31,524 nucleotides of DNA from a bacterium (GTDB lineage: Bacteria; SZUA-182; DTGQ01; JAFGSM01), in NCBI GenBank assembly GCA_049472355.1, contig JBLIRP010000044.1:1-31524 (forward strand), given 5' to 3'. This document shows, one piece after another, positions 24,723-31,524 of the stretch. The notes below the pieces were generated by a model. The model was not told the origin of the DNA. It made no database searches and saw only the letters and a program-made list of their open reading frames with translations. Numbering within the stretch: the first letter of the stretch is position 1; each line of letters opens with the position of its first letter. A program made the translations under genes and the position numbers.

Positions 24723-26810
24723 CTATGATTCCTCTGTCTTTTCCTTCTTGAATTCCGCAATTATCTTTTCGACTAAATGTGCGGGGACTTCATCATAATG
24801 CGAAAACTCCATGGTATACATCCCCCTGCCGCCGGTAATGGATTTGAGATCCGGCATGTACTTCAGCATTTCCGCCATGGGGGCCTGTGCCTTGATGACC
24901 TGGTTTTTTCCCTGCGTATCCATGCCCATGACACGGCCGCGCTTGGAGTTGAGGTCCCCGATCACATCCCCCATGCACTCCTCGGGAACCACCACGGTGA
25001 CATTCATGATTGGCTCCAGGAGCATGGGATTACATTCCATGAATCCCTTTTTGAAACCCATGGACGCGGCGATCTTGAAGGCCATCTCCGAGGAATCCAC
25101 GGAGTGATAGGAGCCGTCATACAGGGTGACCTTTACATCGGTTACGGGAAAGCCGGCAAGGATGCCTTCCTCCATCGCCCCGATGATTCCCTTTTCCACT
25201 GCCGGTATATACTGCCGGGGCACTACCCCGCCCACGATTTTATCCACGAACTCGAACCCTCCCCCGCGCGGAAGGGGCTCGATCTCGAGCCACGTGTCAC
25301 CATACTGGCCACGCCCTCCGGACTGTCTCTTGTATTTTCCCTGTATCTTTGTTTTCCCCTTTATTGTCTCCTTGTAGGGCACCTTGGGCGTCTTGATGTT
25401 GACATCCGCCCCGAATTTCCGCTTCATTCGATCCACGGTCACCTCGATGTGGATCTGGCCCATACCGGAGATGATGAACTCCTTGGTCTGGGAATCACGA
25501 GAGATCTTGAGGGTGGGGTCCTCTTCGCAGAGCTTTGTAAGGGCGGTGCTTATCTTTTCATCATCCCCCTTGGTCTTGGGCTCGATCGCATAGGATATGA
25601 CCGGTGTAGGGTATTCGATCTGGGGATAGATGATCGGGGCGCCCTCATCGCAGAGCGTATCCCCGGTTGTCGTGGCCTTCAGTTTCGGCAGCGCAGCAAT
25701 GTCCCCGACGTTCACCCGTGGCACCGGATGATTGTTTTTCCCATCCAGTATAAGGATCTGTCCGATCTTTTCCTTTACCTTTTGGACTGCGTTATATACC
25801 TGTGAATCGGAGGAGAGGCTCCCCGAATAGACCCTGAACAGGGTCAATTTCCCGGCGTACGGATCGGCGATGGTTTTGTAGACAAAGGCGGAAAAGGGGG
25901 CTTCCAGACTCCGCTCCCGCGTGATCTCTTCACCCTTGGGATCCTTGCCCTTCAAGGGAGGCAGGTCGACAGGGGAGGGGAACAGGTCGACGATTGTGTC
26001 CAGAAGGGGCTGGACACCGATATTTTTCAGTGCGGAGCCGCACATAACCGGGGCGAAAAGGCAGCGTTGCACCCCGTCCTTGAGACCGCTCAGGATCTCT
26101 TCATCGCTCAGCGCGCCTTCCTCCAGATACTTCTCCACGAGCGCGTCGGATGTCTCTGCAATGGTTTCTATCATCTCGTTTCGATAGCTCTCCACGGTTT
26201 CCTTCATTTCTTCGGGGCACTCGGCAATCTGAAATTCTCCCGTTTCCGCCTCCTTGTATATACACGCCTTCCGGGTGAGTAAATCCACCACCCCTTTGAA
26301 TTCATGCTCCGCCCCGATCGGGACCTGGAGCAGGAGGGGACGCATTCCCTCGACCCGCTTTATGTCCTCCATGGTCCTGAAGAGGTCTGCCCGCTCTCTA
26401 TCCATCTTATTGATGAATATGATACAGGGAATCCGGAAATCCCTGGTGAACCCCCATACGGTCTCCGTCTGGACCTTCACCCCGTCAACAGCACTCATCA
26501 CGAGCACCGTCCCGTCAAGCACCCTGAGTGCACCCTTTGTGTCAGTGATGAAATTGACATCGCCCGGTGTATCTATTATATTGATTTTATGTTTATTCCA
26601 TTCACAAAAGGTCGGGGTGGCGTTCACGGTGATCTTTCTGGAGATCTCATCGGGATCATGATCAAGGTTGGAGGTCTCCTCATCAACCTTCCCCAATCGA
26701 TTGACGCTCTTGGTGTCAAAGAGGATCGCCTCACCCAGGGAGGTCTTCCCGTCCCCGCTATGCGATATGAACCCGATGCTCCTGATCTTGTCCGGTTGAT
26801 ATTCTTTCAT
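24723..26810 (-). CDS. fusA: Elongation factor G paralogue (EF-G2-like)
   Basis: Full EF-G layout (DTPG, NKMD, GMGQIHIE, QSGGRGQYG, SYHSVDSSEMAF, LLEPIM). G1 is SHSGDGKTS rather than AHIDAGKTT, and the gene is outside an rpsL-rpsG-tuf operon. Confidence 0.9.
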   Translation of the reverse strand: MKEYQPDKIRSIGFISHSGDGKTSLGEAILFDTKSVNRLGKVDEETSNLDHDPDEISRKITVNATPTFCEWNKHKINIIDTPGDVNFITDTKGALRVLDGTVLVMSAVDGVKVQTETVWGFTRDFRIPCIIFINKMDRERADLFRTMEDIKRVEGMRPLLLQVPIGAEHEFKGVVDLLTRKACIYKEAETGEFQIAECPEEMKETVESYRNEMIETIAETSDALVEKYLEEGALSDEEILSGLKDGVQRCLFAPVMCGSALKNIGVQPLLDTIVDLFPSPVDLPPLKGKDPKGEEITRERSLEAPFSAFVYKTIADPYAGKLTLFRVYSGSLSSDSQVYNAVQKVKEKIGQILILDGKNNHPVPRVNVGDIAALPKLKATTTGDTLCDEGAPIIYPQIEYPTPVISYAIEPKTKGDDEKISTALTKLCEEDPTLKISRDSQTKEFIISGMGQIHIEVTVDRMKRKFGADVNIKTPKVPYKETIKGKTKIQGKYKRQSGGRGQYGDTWLEIEPLPRGGGFEFVDKIVGGVVPRQYIPAVEKGIIGAMEEGILAGFPVTDVKVTLYDGSYHSVDSSEMAFKIAASMGFKKGFMECNPMLLEPIMNVTVVVPEECMGDVIGDLNSKRGRVMGMDTQGKNQVIKAQAPMAEMLKYMPDLKSITGGRGMYTMEFSHYDEVPAHLVEKIIAEFKKEKTEES

Positions 26811-26889
26811 CCTACGTTCTCCTCATTGTTACCGTTCAGTTTTTACCATTTTTTCGATCGGGGATTATGGAATCTCGCACAATTTAACT

Positions 26890-26919
26890 AATGTAACCCC
26901 ACATACCGTGTCTTGTCAA
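26890..26919 (-). promoter_or_regulatory. Possible sigma70 promoter for fusA-yebC-ruvCAB
   Basis: Minus strand TTGACA-18 bp-TACATT. Confidence 0.5.
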
Positions 26920-27011
26920 GTCAAAGGGGGCAGTGGGCAGGGTTCAGCAATTATGATTCATACATCGTGTCGTCATCTGCAGGCATATTTATGGAAACGA
27001 AAGAATCCCGG

Positions 27012-27048
27012 AATGAAAATGCGCCTCCTGCAACTGGCAGGAGGCGCA
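27012..27048 (-). terminator. Intrinsic terminator after the Pro/Phe-rich gene
   Basis: Perfect 12-bp stem TGCGCCTCCTGC/GCAGGAGGCGCA, followed on the minus strand by TTTTCATT. Confidence 0.75.
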
Positions 27049-27072
27049 AACTCATTTCAATTCACATACTCT

Positions 27073-27582
27073 TCATATTATTGGAAAGGTTGGCGGGCGA
27101 ATGAGCAGCCCGGATGCCGTTGCCTCCGGTATGATATAGATCGTCGTCGGTACCGGTAGGACGAGGCTCAAAGGTGGCCCTTCCAGCCATATCCTCAATT
27201 CCACCTCGGTGATGGTTGTCGGAGCGGTAACGGTGGTACCTGCAATGGTTGCCACGGGGAGCGGAGGAAATGGGATCAGGCCGCCCAGTATGGAGGCGGT
27301 CGGCGTAACAGGTGCAGGGGCCGCAGGAAATCCCAACCGTGTCACAGGGGAAAGGAAGGGGTTTATAGTGGAAAAATTGGCATAGAAGGAGGGGAAGGCA
27401 AACGGTGCAAAGGGAAAGGAAAATACACTCGACACCGGCGACCAGTACTGGTTGAAAAATGAAGGAAGATACGGTGCCTGTGCTCCCGCGCTGCCGATGA
27501 GAATGAATAAAAGCCCTCCGATAACGAGCAAAAAGACCATCGTTGTGTGGATTCCACCATGTTTACAATATGTCTTACTCAC
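27073..27582 (-). CDS. Small secreted Pro/Phe-rich low-complexity protein
   Basis: AAAGGAGG RBS before GTG. Signal peptide ending SAGA|Q. FSFPFAPFAFPSF..GFPAAPAPV region. Has its own promoter and terminator. Confidence 0.7.
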   Translation of the reverse strand: MSKTYCKHGGIHTTMVFLLVIGGLLFILIGSAGAQAPYLPSFFNQYWSPVSSVFSFPFAPFAFPSFYANFSTINPFLSPVTRLGFPAAPAPVTPTASILGGLIPFPPLPVATIAGTTVTAPTTITEVELRIWLEGPPLSLVLPVPTTIYIIPEATASGLLIRPPTFPII

Positions 27583-27725
27583 CTGTATGCCTCCTTTACC
27601 GCTATTTTAATTATATTAATGCAAGCTTTTTTAAATTTTTACTCTGTGTCCGGTCTCTCCCTCCTTATCTCCTTCGATCCCCATAACGGTGCAATACAAA
27701 CATCTTCGGTATATCATGTTGTCAT

Positions 27726-27741
27726 AGCATAAGCCGTGCCT
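27726..27741 (-). promoter_or_regulatory. Sigma54 (-24/-12) promoter
   Basis: Minus strand AGGCACG-GCTT-ATGCT (GG-N10-GC). Confidence 0.65.
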
Positions 27742-27779
27742 GACATAGTGCACGTTGTTTTGCGCATAAATAAGAGGTA

Positions 27780-27792
27780 AATCAATATCTTA
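27780..27792 (+). promoter_or_regulatory. IHF binding site
   Basis: AATCAATATCTTA matches WATCARNNNNTTR, about 40 bp upstream of the sigma54 element. Confidence 0.6.
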
Positions 27793-28126
27793 ACCAGAAT
27801 TTGCAGCGGTTTTTCTATGCGGGGATAGGGTTGCCAAGCACTGGTGTGGTGAAGGAACGGCAGTGGTGACGGGCATTATTTGTATAGTATAAAGAAAAAA
27901 TATTATCCGAATTATAATAAATACAATTTAAAATCCAGGATATAATCCATGGCGTATAATCTCTATACGATTGAATAATTTCTATACGATACGGCGATTT
28001 CTCAACTGCTCAATCGGAGACTTCCGTAACTGGGAAGAGCAGCATAGCAGCTTTGCTTCGCCTGATACGTTTGGTTGGCGCATGCCCCTTTTCGTAGGAT
28101 TTGACTATTGAGGTATTTCGTTCCCA

Positions 28127-29476
28127 TCATGGCGATGAAAATGAATACAGGGTCGATGTCCCCCGTGCAACGGTTTCTGCCCATCGTTTGGCCTCATCCA
28201 TGATTTCCCGCGGATCGCAGCGGGTGAACCGGCGGTCCCGCAGGAGTATCTCCCCGTTTATGATGACCGTGTCAACGTCGAGGCCTGATGCGGCATACAC
28301 GAGCTGGGAGGGGATGTTGTAGAGCGGGGTGAGGTGGGGCTGGTTGAGATCAAGGCATATGATGTCCGCGCGTTTGCCCGGCTCGAGCGAGCCTATCTCG
28401 TCCGCAAGCCCCAAAGCCCGGGCCGCCTCCGTGGTGGCCATGGCGAGCACTGCGGGGGCGTCCATGACCGTGGGGTCCCCGGTGGCCACCTTGTGCAGCT
28501 TGGCTGCCATGTCCATCTCCTGAAACATGTCCAGGTTGTTGTTGCTCGCGCATCCGTCCGTGCCCAGGCCCACGGTCACCCCCGCCCTGAGGAGGGCGGG
28601 TACGGGTGCGATGCCTGCGGCGAGCTTCATGTTGCTCTCCGGGCAGTGGGCCACCTTCACCTGGTGTTCGGCAAGGAGCCGGATCTCCTCCTCATCGAGC
28701 CACACGCAGTGCACGGCGAGCACATGCGGCCCGAGTATCCCCAGCCGCTCCAGGTGCCGCACCGGGGTGGTCCCGTACCGCTGCCGTATCTGCTCCACCT
28801 CGTCACGGGTCTCAGCAAGGTGGATCATGTAAGTCACCCCGGCGTCGAGGGACATTCGGTGGGCATGGGCAAGGGATTCCGGCGAGCATGTATAGGGTGA
28901 ATGACAAAACAGGGCGGGCTTGATGATCAGCGATCCGCTCCAGTGGTTGATGAATTCCCCGATCCGTTCGAATCCCTCCTGCGGGGTTTGATACTGGGGA
29001 TTCGGAAAATCGATGACCCCCTGTGCCATGACCCCCCGTATGCCAAGGTCGTGAAAGGCCCGGGCTGCGTCGTGCTCGAAGAAATAGCCGTCCCCGGCGG
29101 TGGTGGTGCCTGAGCGTATCATGGAAAGCCCTGCCAGGAGTGTCCCCACATAGACAAAATCGGGTGATATGAGGCGTGCCTCCAGGGGAAAGATGTAGCG
29201 GTTGAGCCATTCCATCAGGGGAAGGTCGTCCGCAATACCCCCGAGCAGGGACATGGGCGCATGGGTGTGGGTGTTGATCAGTCCCGGGAGGACGAGCTTC
29301 CCCGTTGCATCGATACGTTCCGTTTCAGGCGATTCGGGCGGGGTGTACGGTCCCTTCCCGAGTTCCGTGATCCTGCCTCCCCTGCATACGATATACCCCT
29401 GTTCGATGGTCCCCCATGCAGGGGACATCGTCAGGATGGTGCCGCCGTGGATGACCAGTGTGTTATGAGCACCCAT
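28127..29476 (-). CDS. mtaD: MtaD-like amidohydrolase (MTA/SAH deaminase family), copy 2
   Basis: PGLINTHTH, DDLPLMEWL, HSPY, HLAET, HCPESNMKLA, GTDGCASNN, GSLEPGKRAD. Confidence 0.85.
   Translation of the reverse strand: MGAHNTLVIHGGTILTMSPAWGTIEQGYIVCRGGRITELGKGPYTPPESPETERIDATGKLVLPGLINTHTHAPMSLLGGIADDLPLMEWLNRYIFPLEARLISPDFVYVGTLLAGLSMIRSGTTTAGDGYFFEHDAARAFHDLGIRGVMAQGVIDFPNPQYQTPQEGFERIGEFINHWSGSLIIKPALFCHSPYTCSPESLAHAHRMSLDAGVTYMIHLAETRDEVEQIRQRYGTTPVRHLERLGILGPHVLAVHCVWLDEEEIRLLAEHQVKVAHCPESNMKLAAGIAPVPALLRAGVTVGLGTDGCASNNNLDMFQEMDMAAKLHKVATGDPTVMDAPAVLAMATTEAARALGLADEIGSLEPGKRADIICLDLNQPHLTPLYNIPSQLVYAASGLDVDTVIINGEILLRDRRFTRCDPREIMDEAKRWAETVARGTSTLYSFSSP
28262..28824. repeat. Near-identical direct repeat, copy A (partner at 29621-30183)
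   Basis: Manual alignment at offset 1359 gives about 14 mismatches in 563 bp. Confidence 0.9.
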
Positions 29477-29485
29477 TACGCGCCC

Positions 29486-30850
29486 TCATGGATGGGCATG
29501 CAATGCCGGAATGAGGATCTCTTCACGGATGGTCCCTGCCCACCGTTTGACCTCCTCCATGATTTCCTGCGGGTCGCAGCGGGTGAACCGGCGGTCGGAG
29601 AGGAGGATCTCCCCGTTGACGATGACCGTGTCAACGTCGAGGCCTGATGCGGCATACACGAGCTGGGAGGGGATGTTGTAGAGCGGGGTGAGGTGGGGCT
29701 GGTTGAGATCAAGGCATATGATGTCCGCCCGTTTGCCCGGCTCAAGCGAGCCTATTTCATCCGCAAGCCCCAAAGCCCGGGCCGCCTCCGTGGTGGCCAT
29801 GGCGAGCACCGTGGGGGCATCCATGACCGTGGGGTCCCCGGTGGCCACCTTGTGCAGCTTGGCTGCCATGTCCATCTCCTGGAACATGTCCAGGTTGTTG
29901 TTGCTCGCACACCCGTCCGTGCCCAGGCCCACGGTCACCCCCGCCCTGAGGAGGGCGGGCACGGGTGCGATGCCTGCGGCGAGCTTCATGTTGCTCTCCG
30001 GGCAGTGGGCCACCTTCACCTGGTGTTCGGCAAGGAGCCGGATCTCCTCCTCATCGAGCCACACGCAGTGAACGGCGAGCACATGCGGCCCGAGTATCCC
30101 CAGACGCTCCAGGTGCCGCACCGGGGTGGTTCCGTACCGCTGCCGTATCTGCTCCACCTCGTCACGGGTCTCAGCAAGGTGGAGGACAAGGGGACATTGT
30201 TCGTCCTCCGCAATCCGGTGCGCCTCGCGCAGCGATTCGGGTGAGCAGAGGTAGGGGGAATGCGGCTCCACCGCCACACGGACAAGGGGGTGGCCCCTCC
30301 ATTTTTCGATCATGCGACGCGTATACGCAAGCCCTTCCTCAAAGGGGCCGTAATTGGGGGAGGGGAAGTCATAGAGGACCTCTCCGACTACCGCCCTCAT
30401 CCCCATCAGGGCGGTTGCCTCAGCCACGGCATCCTCGTACAGGTACATGTCCTTGAAGGTGGTGGTTCCCGTGCGGATCATCTCGCAGCAGGCGAGCCTG
30501 GTGCCAAGGTGCACCAATCCGGCATCGATGCGGCGCTCCGCAGGAAAGATATAGGTATTGAGCCATTCCATGAGCGGAAGGTCGTCGGCGAGTCCCCGGA
30601 AAAGGCTCATTGCCGCATGGGTGTGGGTGTTGACGAGGCCGGGCATGATGAGGTGGGCCGGTTTATCGAGGGTGCGGTCGGCCGTGAAGGTACGGCATAT
30701 CTCCCCCCTCTCCCCGACGGCGAGGATACGGTCCCCCCTGATCGCAACCCCCCCCTCCGAGATCGGGGGACGGCCGTTCATGGGGAGCACGATCCCCCCG
30801 GTAATCAGCAGGTCCGCGTGTGAGGATCCGGGATTCTTCTCCGGGATCAT
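29486..30850 (-). CDS. mtaD: MtaD-like amidohydrolase (MTA/SAH deaminase family), copy 1
   Basis: PGLVNTHTHAAMSLFRGLADDLPLMEWL, DMYL, EPHSPY, HLAET, HCPESNMKLA, GTDGCASNN. Confidence 0.88.
   Translation of the reverse strand: MIPEKNPGSSHADLLITGGIVLPMNGRPPISEGGVAIRGDRILAVGERGEICRTFTADRTLDKPAHLIMPGLVNTHTHAAMSLFRGLADDLPLMEWLNTYIFPAERRIDAGLVHLGTRLACCEMIRTGTTTFKDMYLYEDAVAEATALMGMRAVVGEVLYDFPSPNYGPFEEGLAYTRRMIEKWRGHPLVRVAVEPHSPYLCSPESLREAHRIAEDEQCPLVLHLAETRDEVEQIRQRYGTTPVRHLERLGILGPHVLAVHCVWLDEEEIRLLAEHQVKVAHCPESNMKLAAGIAPVPALLRAGVTVGLGTDGCASNNNLDMFQEMDMAAKLHKVATGDPTVMDAPTVLAMATTEAARALGLADEIGSLEPGKRADIICLDLNQPHLTPLYNIPSQLVYAASGLDVDTVIVNGEILLSDRRFTRCDPQEIMEEVKRWAGTIREEILIPALHAHP
29621..30183. repeat. 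Near-identical direct repeat, copy B
   Basis: Partner of 28262-28824. Confidence 0.9.
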
Positions 30851-31524
30851 GCGTTTTCCCCGTGATCCCGCGGAAGGACGCCGATTATCCCCTCGATCAA
30901 TCCCTTGAGTGCAGGGGCAGCCCGGTACACGGTCTCCACGATCTCCTCAAGCGTATGCCTTTTCTGGCAGTCGGGCAGGTTGACATTGCTCAGCACGGAT
31001 ATACCCAGGACCCTCATACCGCAATGAACCGCGGTAATGACCTCCGGGACGGTGGACATGCCGACCGCATCCGCGCCCATGTTTCTCAAAAACCGTGTCT
31101 CCGCCCGTGTCTCCAGGTTGGGTCCGGTGACCGCAACGTATGTACCCTTCCAGAGACCTATCCCCTGTTTGAGTGCGACCTGCTCAGCGATCTCAATGAG
31201 ATTTGCATCGTAGGGTGCGGACATATCGGGGAACCTGGGTCCGTACACATCCATGTTCGGTCCGATCAGGGGACTTGATCCCATCATGTTGATGTGGTCC
31301 GTGATGAGCATGAGATCGCCCGGTTTGTGAAGGGGATTGAGTCCTCCGGCTGCATTGGAGAGGATGAGTATACGTGCGCCGAGTTCCCTGAAAAGGCGTA
31401 CCACAAAGGCGATGTGCTGCATGGAGCACCCTTCGTACACATGGAGGCGCTTGCTGAGCACGAGGGCAGGGCGTTTTCCGATGGTCCCCCAGATGAGCCG
31501 GCGATCGTGTGCGCCGAGGTCGGG
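30847..31524 (-). CDS. punA: Purine nucleoside phosphorylase, trimeric PNP/MTAP family (5' end outside window)
   Basis: RLHVYEG, SNAAGGLNP, DHIN, GPRFPDMS, GPNLETRAE, GADAVGMSTVPE. The frame stays open to the window edge (..PDLGAHDRRLIWGTIGKRPALV..). Confidence 0.9.
   Translation of the reverse strand, partial: PDLGAHDRRLIWGTIGKRPALVLSKRLHVYEGCSMQHIAFVVRLFRELGARILILSNAAGGLNPLHKPGDLMLITDHINMMGSSPLIGPNMDVYGPRFPDMSAPYDANLIEIAEQVALKQGIGLWKGTYVAVTGPNLETRAETRFLRNMGADAVGMSTVPEVITAVHCGMRVLGISVLSNVNLPDCQKRHTLEEIVETVYRAAPALKGLIEGIIGVLPRDHGENA

Noticed and set aside
29476..29745. Alternative-frame ORF bridging the two deaminases (programmed frameshift or fusion)
   Set aside because: Both deaminases are intact with their own start, stop and RBS, and the ORF has no motif support.

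Overview
Bacterial chromosomal window, probably from a diderm, deltaproteobacteria-like anaerobe (inferred from the T2SS, sigma54/IHF promoters, FdhE and a GGGGCFI C-terminal tag). 1-7.6 kb is the unusual part: four secreted-protein genes that together encode one dockerin and four cohesin-like domains, with no recognisable glycoside hydrolase or CBM. They are a dockerin-bearing alpha/alpha-toroid protein, a cohesin protein with a C-terminal GGGGCFI tag, a cohesin-IPT-repeat protein, and a two-cohesin mini-scaffoldin with a Tyr/Pro-rich tail. The last two flank a sigma54/IHF control region. A Cys-rich hypothetical gene and fdhE follow, then a type II secretion operon in xps-like order (gspE-F-G-H-I-J-K-L-M-C-D, 9.6-21.4 kb) with a lipoprotein secretin. 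The minus strand then carries fusA-like/yebC/ruvC/ruvA/ruvB with a repeat-rich ruvA-ruvB spacer, a second sigma54/IHF-driven Pro/Phe-rich secreted protein, and a purine nucleoside phosphorylase (partial) plus two tandem MtaD-like deaminases whose 3' halves are nearly identical. Lead hypothesis: a non-cellulosomal cohesin-dockerin surface complex exported by the neighbouring T2SS. All domain calls are by eye and need HMM or structure confirmation.
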